A stretch of DNA of 47,973 nt from Hyphochytrium catenoides (GCA_900088475.1 FLMG01001619.1:1-47973); one strand, 5' to 3'. Positions 12,345-25,438 are shown, numbered from the stretch's first letter. Program-made: numbers and translations. Notes: generated by a model from the sequence alone, not told the origin.

Positions 12345-15242
12345 ATGCCTGGTCAACTTCACGCCGCTACTACAGATACGGAGACCGTGAACGTTACTTC
12401 TGCCCCTTCCGCAGCAGACGTCAGATCTCCAGAAAGCGAAAGGAGAATGATGGATGATGGAGAGAGGAAGACAAGGACATGGGAAGCTGACGGGCGTGCA
12501 GGGCTGCGAGAGCTACTGGAAGTGCTAGAGGAGGAGCTTCAGAATACTGAGACGCTCATCGACCTCTATCGTCAAAAGGAGAGCAAGCTGCATGAACTTA
12601 GGGTTGAGATACTGGCATCATTAGGCTTGAGGCATGAACATGTAGCGCAACCAGCAGAGGGTGGCAGGGGGAACAGCAGAGAGTATAGACGCGTCTCGGT
12701 GGATCCGGCTTCTCTTTCTTATGCAGCAGACCCATCGTATACATCGTCAAGGAGGAGAAAGGGCTCCGCCTCACTAATGGATAGATCGGCAGTGTTCTCT
12801 CCTCCACGATCTGTCTCTCTCCCCGTTCCAGGAATCTCACGTGAAGGCGAGTCGAGGCAAACAATCACTGCCCTGACGCCATTTTCTCTCCTCTCCCCTG
12901 GACAAGGAGGAGGGCAGGAAATAGTCCACGGCGTCATTCTAGGGAGCGACCGGGGACACATCTGGTTCCTTGATTCTCGAGGAAGGATCATAGGCGAGTT
13001 CAGAGGTCAAGGACCTGGATATATTAGGGCATTGGCTGTTCAGCAAGGAGGCAGTGGAGGAAGTATAGGCGCGGAGGCCCTTCTTCTGGCTGCAACTGAC
13101 CAAGGTACCATCTTGGCACTTGGGATTGTTCCTTACCTACAAAGAAGAGACCCGCAGGGCCCTCTTTCTCTTTCTTTGAGGGCAACTCTAGTTAACGCCT
13201 GGAAGAAAGACCACGAGAATGAAAATCTTCTAGCGTTGGAGCCTAAAGAGCGAGAGACTTTGGAAGGGAAGAATAGGGAAGAGCATGGATCGATGGACGC
13301 CGAGACCCATCCCTCGGAGCGCTGTGAGGCCCGGTCTCATCTAGGGTCTCCTCTAGTCGAGAACTCTGAGCCTTCTATTGAGGAGATGTTCGTGGTGCAT
13401 TATAAGCATACCTCCCTCTTGACGACTCTAAGTGGCTCCACGGTTAGACTCTACTCTCTCCCCTCTGGGAGCCTCATAGGCAGCGTGGAGCTCTATCCGA
13501 ATGGCGGGAGCGGGAGGGAAAACACTGCGAAGGACCACGAGGCAGCGGAACAGGGAGGAAAAGAGATGGCACTGCTTACCGTGCGGTGGCCTCATGCGGC
13601 GTTCGCTCTTGGCCGGGAGGTGGGGATCCGCGTGCTCTCTGCCTTTAACTCCGCAGGTCGCCGGGTAAGAATAAGTTCCTTGCTGATATAATACTTCTTG
13701 CATGACCCTCTTTGAGACTTCTGCTAGCTGACACTCATAACAGCCACAACTAGCTCTCCTGGGCTTTCCTGCGTGTCTCTATGTCCCTTCTCCAGTTCTG
13801 TTCAGTTGATCGCTCAGATCGTGCTCCAATTGGTCAGGCTGCCTTACCTGTCATCTCCATTTCTGTCTATCGCCTTCCCCTGCGGACAACAGGATCGTTC
13901 TCACCGGTAGTCTTTATCTGTACCTTTCCTCTTTCTGTAGACATGCACATCTCTCGACTCATCAGTAAACGCCATTCATCTGGATGCCGCAGCCCCTAGA
14001 GTAATGTATGTGAGTCTCCGGAGCGGACCAGTACATGTGCTACGGTTTGCTTCTGATGGTAAGCGAGGAGAGAGGTAGCGGAAGTCAATTGGGACACTCC
14101 TAAGATGGGAACTGTGGTGGGAGGTGAGCATTGTCAAGAGATGGGAGAGAGAAAAAGAGGGAGAGAGAGACAGTGCAGGAGACAAAGAGAGCCTCTTCCA
14201 GACGTGACCACTAAACTTCTTGATCTCTCTCTTTGTCTCAGCTTTAGGGCAGAAGGACAAGCCGCCTGGATACGCCTGCGACGTTATTTGCTCTCTGTCT
14301 CCAAGCCTGTATCTCTCCTCTTCACCAGCTTCTTCTCCGGCGCCAGTCCTTTTGTCTTTTCAGGGCTACTTTGTCTACATCCAGGGAGATCGTGTCCTTC
14401 TTTACAACGCTTCCTCTATCGCTTCGGATGTCTGTCCAGAGCTTCTTTCTTCCTTCTCTTTCGCAGAGACGATGGAGGAAGAAGAACAAAAGAGGACTGT
14501 CTTCTGGAAAGACATGAAGGTGCGAAACTCTATGTAGAGGTGTTCGCTCTCTCTCTCTGGCGCTCTTTGGTCCCATCCGCGGTTTTCTCTTTATGCCTTC
14601 TGTCAACTATTATTTTATATGTGGCCTCTTCCCCTTTCTTTTCTCCAGGTGCGAGCAGCAGTGGCAGCTACAGGGTCCCCTCGGTACCGAGTAACGGCAG
14701 AGAAGCCGCTTCTGGCGATCCTCACCACTTCTTCCCATTCAACCACTCCTTCAGCCGATAGGGACGCTCTCTTTCTCATGCATTCTCTTCTGCCAAACAA
14801 CTCGCTCCAGAGCGAACTGTTCTTCCCTTGGCGGCTCCTTTTGATGTTCTTTACTGGGCTTTCTGTCTTCATTTGGCAGTATCGCAAGAGAAGACGGGAG
14901 AATCAAGGAACAGGAGCGGATGGAGGGGATAAGTTAGAGGAGTTAGAGAGACTGTTGACCGCCACCAGCCATCGCTCGTTAGGCCTCCGAGAGATGGCAG
15001 AAGAGTCATCCAGGCGACTAGGTGAAGGCACTCTTCGGAGTGAAAGAGGAGAATTTGGAAGGAAGAACACCAAAAGCTGGGAGGAGGAAGAGCTCCATGA
15101 GCTCAGACGAAGGTTACAGCGCATGCGAGATGGTCATGAAGAGGTTGCAACGAACGCTCCTCTCTCCCCAGGAACTTTCGAGGAGAATGATGAAGCCGAT
15201 GAGGGAGAGACTATGGACAGGGAACAGAAAAAAAAGAGCTGA
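12345..15242 (+). CDS. Uncharacterised single-pass membrane protein resembling the At1g75140 family (coiled coil, beta-propeller-like region, C-terminal TM); ~5 exons, N-terminus uncertain
   Basis: ORF pieces 12345-13664, from 13796, ~14000-14058, ~14248-14519 and ~14649-15242, with GT-AG borders. Motifs VILGSDRGHIWFLDSRGRIIGEF, LLSFQGYFVYIQGDRVLLYNAS and LMHSLLP...PWRLLLMFFTGLSVFIWQYRKRRR. Confidence 0.65.
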
Positions 15243-15706
15243 CGAAACAAAGCACCTTCGCGAACTCCCTACAAAGAGGATGCTGGTGCCTGGACACGAG
15301 ACGGGTGCCGAGGATTTCGAGTCTGGCAAGTAAGATTGCTACCTGTAGCAACAGGGGAAAAGCTCATGAGGAGGCATTGAACCGCTATTTGCCCCCTCGC
15401 TGTCTCCTGGGGTCTAAGTGTGAATTCTTTCCGAACTAGCCGCACCACATATCAGACAACGCTTGAGAACCTGGCAGAGCATGAAGCAAGAAGCTACGAC
15501 GCCACGGACAGATGACCATGCGTCCAGAAGAAAGGGCTGCCAGTTTCTCCTCTGATGGCCACCCAGTCTTCCTGCCAATATTATCTCATGGGTAGAGACA
15601 CGAGTGATCAGAAGTCATTAGGACTGAGAAGATAAAGGAAGGCGCGATGCTCTGGCGGAAGAGCTTTTAGGACAGCTTCATGATTACTTCGGTGCTTTGT
15701 CTTTAT

Positions 15707-18219
15707 TTACTTCCAGTTCTTTTTATAGTTGTTCAGTCCTCCATCTGCCGCTACCTTCCCTGCCTCCGGACCCTATAGACAACAACCGTAAATCAGCATC
15801 GAGAAGCGAGGCATAGGAAAGGAAATCTTCATAGGTCAACAACAGACCGTCTACAGCCTCAACAAAGCAAGAAAAAGAAGCGATTCATTGGCAGCCAAGA
15901 AAGCCTGCGAAAGAGGTGAGAGAGAGATGTGCAAGTAGAGATAATGAGTGAATTAGCAGAAGGACGGACCCGTGTCTCCTCCTTCCAGCCATGCACTCCT
16001 GCCATTGTCTTCGCCTTCTTCCCTCCCTTCTGGAAGTCTCTCCAGTTTGAGACACGCTTGTCTCGCCTCTGCTCCTCCGCCCAGCTCTTTTCTAGCTCGA
16101 ATTGTTTCTTCAACTATTGCGAAGCAGACACGAGAGGCGAAGATACAGGCGGCAAAGGTAAAAATAATGCATGATGTAGAAGAGAAGGGTGCATAGATCC
16201 TAGAGTCAGCTTCTTGGGATGGACGGAAGGTGATCATGCCACAATTTTGCGCTGCATCCTAATGCCAACTCAGCATCAAGAAAAGAGAATAGACCCCAAC
16301 GGGTATTGTCACCTTCGTCTGCTCTTCCTCGTGCTGATCTGCCTCTCTCTTCTTCTGGGCTGCCCTTAGCTTGTCAATCTTCTTTCGTCTGTTCTCATTT
16401 TCTGCAAAGGTCTTGAGGATCTCTTTATCATATGCCTGTTCCGTTGGGCCTAGCATAGCTTCTGTCATCTGGAGCCATGCGTCACATAAAGACCGGAGTG
16501 AGCTAAGGATAGCTGATTGCTCAGCTAATGGTTGAACTCACCCCTTTACTGAGCTTCAGCTTGCGCTCTTTATCTACTCGACGCATGGCGGCTTCAATGG
16601 TAGCGACAATGGTCCGATGCCTAGCCTCATCAAGCAGGGTCTCATACGCTTTCTTCACCTCTGAACAAGGATAAGGCACTTTTAGCAGAAAGCATTTTTG
16701 CTAAAGGCAAGAGAGACAAGAATGAGGACAGATATATAGCCTAAAGGAAGAAAGAGGCGCCACCTTCAAAGGCATCTCTAGCTCTAGGATCTGGGTTCTT
16801 GTCCGGATGGATTAAGGTTGATAACTAGGCAGAGTCATATGAAAACAGAGATAGGAGTCAGTTAGGACGACAGACGCGCCGCTAGAGAAGCCCTCAAGAA
16901 GCGCTACAATCAGCAGAGCGTGAGACGTTGGGCATGAAGGAAAAACACTCTTCAAGAGTTTCATTATAGAGCTGGATTCTACGCCTTCCCCAGTATTCCT
17001 GGACACTTCCCGTCATTCCTTACCTTTCTATATCTCATTTTGACGTCATCCTGGGTTGCCTCATGGTGCAGCATCAGAACCTTGAAGGGATTCAGATTCT
17101 TCCACTTGTAGTTCTGCTGAAGCAGCCGGTTGATCTGCTCCGCGGGCGTGCCTACCATTGCAAGAAGAGCCATAAGAGTGGCCAAATTCAGATGACGACC
17201 AGCGAACGATGCGAAAGACAAGAGCAATAGGCAGAAGGTGTGGAAGAAAGACTGAAGAGGTAATCAAAAGGGCTCTACCAGGCACAGGTTAAGCTGGAAT
17301 GAGCACAGGAGACAAAGACAAGAGTGTCATTGGGGGTAGAAGTCTCTCTCAAACCTAAGCTCTCTGTGGCAGCCCTGATGGACGCCTCCGTCTTCTTGTT
17401 CCCCTTTTTCTCCTCTTCCATCTGGTTGACTTCCTTAAAGAACTCATTAAGCTCGTCATCGTCGGCGTTTTTGCCATCGCCTGTCTCCTCTCCAGCTGTA
17501 TCCGCCGCAGCTTTAGCTTCTGCAGCTTGCTTGGCTGCCTGTTCTCTCTCCTTTCTAATGAGTATAGGGGTTAGCAAGGAACGCTGTAGGGACTTGTTCA
17601 TGACATTGACTGACTTTAGCTGCTCCTCTCGCTCCTTGGCTTGTTTCTCAAGTTTGGCTTGCTCTTTCAGCCATTCTGTGTATTCCTCTCCAGCTTTTCT
17701 TGCGGCCTCTAACCCTTCTTCCATTGCTTTATTCTCTGGGTCCAGGCGAAGCCCTAACATGACCGAAGAGATGTTAGTTCGATCAATATCCAGCTGACCG
17801 TTTTGACACTTACCCTTGCTATACGTCTCCCTAGCTTGATCATATCGTCGCAGTGAATGCTGAGCAGCACCTAGACGGCTGTAGCCCTTTACCCAGTTTG
17901 GCGCGAGCTCTACACACTTCTCGGCGTCTTTTAGAGCTTTGCTCTTATTGTCCGTCTTCAGGTAGGCAGCCGAGCGGTTGCTATAGTATACGTGGTTATC
18001 CGGATTGAGGCCAATAGCCTTTTATGAGCCATAAAACACTGCGTGAGCCCAAAGATAGCGTTCTACAAGGCGCAAGGGAGTTTGACTCACCATAGTGTAA
18101 AATCTGATGGCTTCTTCGTTTTCGCCCTTCGCAAAGGCCTCATTGCCCTGCTGCTTAAACTCTTCAGCCCGCTCAAGAGCATCGTGCAAGATTCTCTCCT
18201 CGTCACTCCTCTCCGTCAT
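15707..18219 (-). CDS. DNAJC8: DnaJ subfamily C member 8 (SPF31)-like protein with N-terminal STI1/HOP-type TPR domain; ~9-10 exons
   Basis: TPRs (AEEFKQQGNEAF, VYYSNRSAAY, WVKGYSRLGAA), then EQINRLL...NLNPFKVL...YRKLSTLIHPDKN (HPD J-domain) and C-terminal WAEEQRRDKRVSNWRDFQ, typical of DNAJC8. Confidence 0.9.
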
Positions 18220-19008
18220 CTTCTGTAAGTCACAACCAAACTGATGGTTGAACCAGCCCCTCGTATCTAGCTGAACCTGGATTGCACAGACTATATTGTG
18301 CCTCTGTGCCGCGGAGGACGACAGTTTCTTACGTTCTCAACGGCAATCAGGAAGCACCCTCGTACAGTTACAGGAGCTTCAAAAGAAGGAACAGGGTTAA
18401 AGGAAAGTGGTATCCTGACTTTCTATCACGACTTATCTGGTGCTTATCGGCTCCCAGTCGATATGAGAGCTCTTTCTGCCCTCAATCAGCCGATGCTTCT
18501 CCACTTCTGCAGACGTCAGAGAGCTCTTCAGAGCTTCAGAGTCAGATGATGGAGATTCTTCATTGATGAAGCTTTACATAAAGTTACTAATCTATAGTTA
18601 TCATGTCCTTGGAACTTTCGAGAAAGAATGTTTTGAAACCTACTAAAAGTGCGTCTGGCTGGGCAGCGGTTAAAGAGCTAGGAGAACACCAATGGAATAT
18701 TTCGGTGATAGAATCAGTTTCTTTGAAACCTTCAGATCTCCCAATTGCCGCCTTGAAGCTTTTGGAGCTTCATCAGAATCTGAAGCTTCCAGAGCTGCGA
18801 CGTCCAAGCTGAGCCAATGACTCGAGCTGCATTGACAGAGCTTCGGCTTCGAGAGAGAGGGCTCGCCACTGATTCACCGTAGCTTACCTTGCTATAGGAG
18901 TTGGGGCATACTCTGCGATAGGGGTTGGAACATATCAGAAGCGGCATCTCATCATGGTGCAGAGAACTCATAGCTAGTGGTAGATCGGTGAAGAGGGCTG
19001 AGAGCTAC

Positions 19009-22000
19009 ATGTTTGCTCCAGACTCTGGTTTCGGTGGCCAAGGGGCCAACCATAATTCATTTAGTGATTATGGCCCGTCCCAGAATAACGCAGAGAAGGA
19101 GAATGAACCGCTTTTTGGCGAGACCAGCTCCACTGGAGAGCTTGACTTCAGCTTTCGGCCTCCTAGAGTCAGCCAAAATGAGCCCTTAAGGATGACCTAT
19201 GAGTCTAGCAGAACAGTCCCTACCCCCGTGAGAAGAAGTTCCTCTGCAGGCTCCAGGCGAAGAGGAACGCCCAAGCGTAACGGACCTGCGTCTGTCCCTG
19301 CTCGATCCAAGCTTCGCCTGCATATCCCTGACGATGACAACCTTTCGGTGCGCTCCGAGAGCGAGCTTAGTGAGCCCAGAAAGCCACCAAGTCCGTTGCG
19401 CGGTTCACAGCCTGCTGGGGCCTTTCACACTTGGATTCCAGCCAGAAATCTAGCTGTAGAGAGAATGGAGTCTCCGCTTTTTCGATCCAGAGCGCGACGG
19501 TCTGACGGCAATGATCCTACTTTTGGCTTCAGTGAAGGGGAACCAGCGGACCAATCTATGATGAGATCTCTTGAGCATGAGTTTCATGCGCAAACCGAAG
19601 AGGAGCAAGATCCATTTGGTGCAGTTGGGCCAGCTTTAACAGCTGTTGCAGATAGTCAGGAACTCTTCCATTCTTCTCCTGAGCCTTCCTTAGCCAATGA
19701 TCTTTTTGGCACTGGCCATCAGTCGCTGCAGCTGACGCCAGCCCGGGGCGCGTCTCAATCAATAGGTCCTCAGGATGTCAGCAGCACTCTTAGTCTGGCA
19801 GCGTCGGTCCTAACACCGGAGCGAAGACGCAGTGGTAGTAGCTCTATGATGCCCTTACCTTCTGTCGCTTCTCCCACCCTTCGACAGCATCCGCCCAAAC
19901 GCCGTTTATCACTCTCTGGATCTTCTTCGGATGCGTATAATCGCCTTCCTCCTCCACCCTTCCCCTCTCAAAGTGGCCTAGAATCCTTCAGCTCTCCTTC
20001 TTTAGGTCCGGCATCCCCTTTAGGGCTTTCTGGGAGGAAAAGTCCTTCGGCCTTTGGGGGTGCTGTCGTCCCCTCTATCTCTTCCTCCTCATCCGCTCTC
20101 ATGCCATCTGACGTACCACGAACTCAGTCCATGCTGGAGACTGTGCAGCTGATAGACCAAACGCTGTGGGGCTTTCAACAAGCTACCGGGCAACCGGAAG
20201 AGCGAGATAGACAGACCAATTCTGCTATTACCTCATCGTCTCCTTCGATTGCTTCCTCTAGAACAAATCTCCCTGCTGATGCAATGAATGAGCTTCTTCT
20301 CCGGCTAAAGTCAGAGCTTATCAACACGCATCAACAGCTTGTAGCTTCTCAGCACGCCCAGAATAGAATGCACACAGAGCTCTATGCCTTGAATGCAGAG
20401 CTGCAGGAGACGAGAGGCTCTCTGTCTTCGTTTGCTAACGATAACCTTCTCCTCTATTCCAAGCTGGAGGAGAAAAACCAGCAAATTCAAGAAAAGTCAG
20501 ACTATGTCACTCACCTGATGAGGAAGGCGGGAGTGATCATCCAGGTCAAGAAGCTAGTTTCCCACTTGGTCCTTCACTTCTCTTCAAAAATGAACCGCAG
20601 CTGTCGCCTTTCTCAGAAGATTAGTGTTTTGCCTGTACTTTGGCTCGTACCGTGCTCTTCTGCACGCCTGCCCTGTTTCTCCACCATGCCTGGGATAAGC
20701 TCTCGGCGATCCTCGGCGTCTTGGTCTGACCAATTTGATTTGATATCTGCAGGAGAGGGAGCAGAAGGTCATTCATATAGCAAGCCAAGCTACTCAGGCG
20801 ACTCAGAACCTCCAGATGAAGTTGGAAGAGGAGGCTGCCGAGCGGACAAGGCTCAATGAGAGGTAAACACCTTATTTTCATTGCCGTCTTGGTCTACCGC
20901 TCCCTCTGAGCTCTACATCCTCCGCGGAGTATTACTGGACTGACCTGTCTCCTGTGTGCTAGCCTTCTGTCGTCTACGCAACCCGAGTTCCTTATACCTC
21001 TTACTTACAGTATCAAGAAACCTCTATGCCCACTGGCAGTGCCGTGATCTCTGACCTTTCTTGTTCTGTTGCTATACTCAACGTCTCCTCTCTCCATAAT
21101 AGGCTTCTGCAGATGCAAGCCGCACAGACAGAACTCCTGCGAAAGCTCGATACCTTAGAAAAGAGCAATTTGGCCCTGAGCCAGGGCTCACATGGCGGAG
21201 GTGCTAACCAATTAGGGAAGGGAGGAGAGTCAGATGCCAATGGCTATGGCACCGCCAACCTATCTAGCACAAGTAATAGCATGGCGTCAAAGAACTTTGA
21301 GGCCAGTCTGGGATCTTTGTCTTCCACTTCACGGGAACAACTGCCATCCGTAGGCGGAGAGCGAAGTGTAACTGATGAGGGACAGAAAGAAGGAAGCTTG
21401 GACACTCTTTTTGATGGCCCTCCGCCAGCCGAAGACGCTATAAAGAAGCCTGTGACGACCTCCTCTGATCTAGGGCAAGCACTTGTTGCAGGTGAACTCT
21501 TCTTTACTCTTTGTGGGTCCGGCGGCCAGTTTACTTTTCTTCTCAGTTTCGGCTCCTACTCTTCCTCGTTTGAACTTCAAAACGTTAAGCCCTTGTTCTT
21601 TCCGGAGGTCGCAGCTCGCCTCCTTTCTCCTTCAGTGCAAGTTCTCGCATTCTTCTCTCTGTGCCTTTCCTTCGGACTTTAGCTAAGTTTGAGGGCTGCC
21701 ACATCCTGCGTGCTTGCTTTTAGCTTTTCGAATCCTTTTACTCTTCATCATCTCTAAAGGCGCTGGCGTTCTCTGTAGATACGCGTCCGATTCCACCGGT
21801 GACAGCTGTGCAGAAGAGACGCGGTATTTTCATTGGATGGACTGGTCTTATCGGCGTGTTCCTTGTGGCATTGCTCTCTCTCTTCCTGCCGCTCATCCTT
21901 CCCTCTGAATATGTCCCGGAGCAGCTGAGACAGGTGTCAGACCAAACACTTCCTCCGCTGCTTTCTGTTCTAGAGAACTCTGTCGCGGGCGTCAAAGAAG

Positions 22001-24099
22001 CTGTGAAGAGCATTGAGTGGAGTGAACTATCATCTTCTCTCTCTGCCTTTGAGCTTACCAGTGGCCAACCAAAAAGCAACGTTGACTCGATAGAGAAATA
22101 CTCCGAAGAGAAAGGAGCAGAGGTACAGGTTGCAGACTCTTCAACTGTTCCCCATAAGGAAGGAACCGACCTGGAGGAGCAAACCCCAAGGGAAAGCAGC
22201 ACAGGTCCTTCAAGGCCAGCGGAAGATCCAAAAGTCGGCAGAGCACGGGAGTGGCAACTTCACTGGCCATCTCAGGCTGCTAGACTCCAGAATACGGAGA
22301 AGGACCGAAGACCATCAGAAACGCCAAGAGAGGAGAAGGAAAGTTCATTGCTGGACTCTCCAGAGAGGGACACACAGTTACAAGTGATGGAGGAGGAAGA
22401 TGAGGTGCCTAGCGGGACATCACAAGGACCCAGTGTAGACAAAGATATAGAAGGGCATGTACCAGTGGACGCATGGCATCATGAAAGTACAGCAGAGGCT
22501 GCCGCCGACAGAGCTGTACAGGAAGAAAAATATGAACAACCAGAGCGGGGCCTTGCGGGGGCAGTAGAGGTACAAACTCGGATGGCTCTCTCCCAAGAAC
22601 CGAGTCCTTTAACCCATAGGGAAAGTCACACGGAGCAAGAGGAAATAAGGGCCGAAGAAGTGGGGACAGGCATGAAAGACAGAGAGGAAGAGGAGACGGC
22701 GGCGGTAGTAGTCTCAGAAGAAGAGACGCAGAAAGGCGATATTGCTAAGGGCGAAAGCAGAAGAGAGGTAGACGAGGAACCAGGAGAAAATCCTGCCGTG
22801 ATTGGCGCTGAGGTAGAGAAGGGAGTGGCGGAAGAGGAAGATGAGACTGCCTCTCCCCCCTCTTCATCTTTCGGTTCATTGTTAGACATGGAGGGACTGC
22901 TACAAGGTATCAAGGAGCAGCTTCTGGGAGAGAACAATGAACCTCCTCCTTTCCTTCCGGAGAGCTCCCCTTCTCTTTCTCATGCACCTTTGCCTGTGGA
23001 GGACTCAAACTCTTCTCCATCAGCAGGCGAGGAGATAGTAACAAAGTTGCAAGAAGAAGGGTCGGTGGTCGAGCAAGAAGAAGTAGAGATGAACGAAAAG
23101 AAAGTGGATCAGAAGATCGAGAAAGCAGCCACAAGCGCATTGCCTAGATCTGAAGCTCCTGCCATGACTCTCTACGAGGGAGGAGAGGGACGACCGAGCG
23201 CGACTACTCTGGAGCACATATCTGATGTCCCAGAAAGAGATGACACTACTGCCGAGCCAGAAAAAGACAGAGAGGAAAGTGCCAGAGGAGATTTAAGGGA
23301 ACAGATAGAGGAAGATGCTAATGAGGTAGAAGCAGGCCCAAATTCCTTGCCGAGGGATGGCAAGACAGAGAAAGCTATCGAGCCGTCAAAGGGAGAGGAT
23401 CAGCTGACAGAGGATAGGACGGCCACACTGGATCAACAGAACCGACAGTTGGACCTGGTAGCAGAGGAAGATAAGCCAGAGACGCATCTCTGGGATAAAA
23501 GAGAACAGCCAGAGGCTGATGAAGGAGATGAGGCGGAAGATTTGTCTACGACTGCCTCTATGCGGGTCTTACCTGCAGATCATATGGAGCAGGAAGAAAA
23601 GAAGAGAGTGGATATGCATGGACTAGAGAAGGAGGAAGAAGGGCAGAAGGAGAGTGTAGAAGAGACACTCGCTTCAACGGAAGAGGACGAGGGCAATAGT
23701 GCCTCTTCTTCCTCTGTCGAGGTGGGGAGAGAAGAGAAAGAAACGCATTTGGAGGAAGTAGAGCAAGATCGCGCAGTTGATGAGGCTACCGCAGGACCCG
23801 CTGTCTTACTGGGTATAGAAGACAACAGTGTGTCTCTGGATGCTCCAGGAGTGACGGCTTCTCTTCCGTTGGACCCTCTCATGCAAGAGGAAGCTCTGCC
23901 GCTCCAGGAGTTAGCATCCGCCAGCTCATCATCATCATCATCAAAAGAGGGAGATGAGGAGAAAGACTTAGCTAGCAGCGAAGAAAGCTTAGAAGAAAGG
24001 GCAGAGCAGAGGAAGGCAGAAGAGTCCACCGCTGGCGACCCAGGAACCAGGGACGAGGACTCGAGCCAGAGTGCAGAGATAGGCAGAGAAGAGCTTTAA
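19009..24099 (+). CDS. Hypothetical ~1451-aa type II membrane protein: Ser/Pro-rich N-terminus, coiled coil, one TM, very acidic C-terminal domain ending REEL; 4 exons
   Basis: Exons 19009-20544, 20753-20862, 21103-21491 and 21779-24099 join in phase through GT-AG introns. TM segment KRRGIFIGWTGLIGVFLVALLSLFLPLILP. Confidence 0.75.
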
Positions 24100-24314
24100 G
24101 CCAGAGACGCGTTAGCAGGCCAGAGCAGCTTCATATTTACTTAGTGCTTAGCACTGTGACAGTGGCAGTGGAGCGAGAGCTTTAGCATTTTTTCTTCTTT
24201 CTCTCTTTTCTCTCTCTCTCTCTCTTCTTTTATTCTGCTTCCCTTTCAAAATTACTTGACTCAGAAATAGACATCGTTGTCTCTCCCTCTCTCTCTCTTT
24301 CAACGTCTCTTTGC

Positions 24315-24899
24315 TTAGTTTTGGAGCCATGGCTTGCTTGGAAACTTCTCTACCATGTAGTCCAAGTAGTCCATCCGCTCGCCCGTCATCTCATTGAACA
24401 GAGGAGTGCCGCCCATGTACATCGTGCCTATAGTTCGAGGGCAAACAGGGACAGGTGGGAGGGTAAGGATAGCAAGACAGAGAGAGGGAGAGAGGAGAAA
24501 CATGGTAAGTAGTCAAGTTAATACAGCGCGAGCATGGTAGAGGAGCCCTCATGAGGAGTACTTCGGGCCAAAGACAGAGGCACATAGAGAGAGAAAGAAG
24601 AGAATGCGGCGACATGCTTCTCTACATAGCGAAAGACTCTTAAGACTATGCCCAGACAGACACAGAGAGAGAGAAGAAAAGAAGATGAGCAGTAGCAAAC
24701 CCTAGGTCTAAAGGAGAAGAAGAAGCAGGAAAGGGTCGTAAGAAAGCGAGGAGACACTGCTGCAGCTTTACCTTTTCGGTCTCCATATTTATTGAGATCG
24801 TTACTGCTGATCCAAGACTGGATGCGCCGCATCTCTTCTTCCCTGGTGAGGTTGGAAGTTGTCCGGCTGTCCATTTGCTCAAAGCTGGAAACCACGCAA

Positions 24900-24954
<55 letters not shown>

Positions 24955-25438
24955 GGTTAGAAAAGGGGTTAGTCTGCCCAAGAGGCTGAGGAACGGGCCG
25001 GTAAAGAGACCAGGAAGTATTTGCAACGCAGACTCAAGAGTGGCAGTCAGAGAAGGATAGAGCGTGCATCACGTGGACTTCTGTGGAAGGAGGGAAAGGG
25101 CAAGAGGAACCAAAAGAGAGCAGAGCTGGGGAGAGAGAGAAACAGAAGCGCAGTGAGAGAGAGAGAGACGAGAGGTGGAGAGAGAGAGAAGAGAGAGAGA
25201 GAGAGTCTGGCAAAGGGATCGGACGCCATTGATCACAGTTCATTTTGTCTCTTCCTTACACTTGGCCTTGCACCAGTTGGTCCTTTGAAAGAGAAGATGC
25301 CGGTTCCGCGCGGAAAGAGCCGTAAGCTTGAATGAGCAGGACGAGGGCGAAGAGAGAGATGACGACTAGAAGAGCAGCAGTGGGAAGAGAGAAGACGCCA
25401 GATCCTCTCCTGTGTGAACGGGGGCTATTGCGCTGCAT
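24315..25438 (-). CDS. Small (134 aa) signal-anchor/secreted protein with a C-terminal LNKYGD-x4-MYMGGTPLFNE-x-TG...PW domain of unknown function; 3 exons
   Basis: Exons 25438-25260, 24884-24772 and 24427-24315 join in phase. N-terminal hydrophobic segment AALLVVISLFALVLLIQAYG. Confidence 0.75.
24902..24950. repeat. (GA)n microsatellite in an intron
   Basis: Run of ~24 AG units. Confidence 0.95.
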
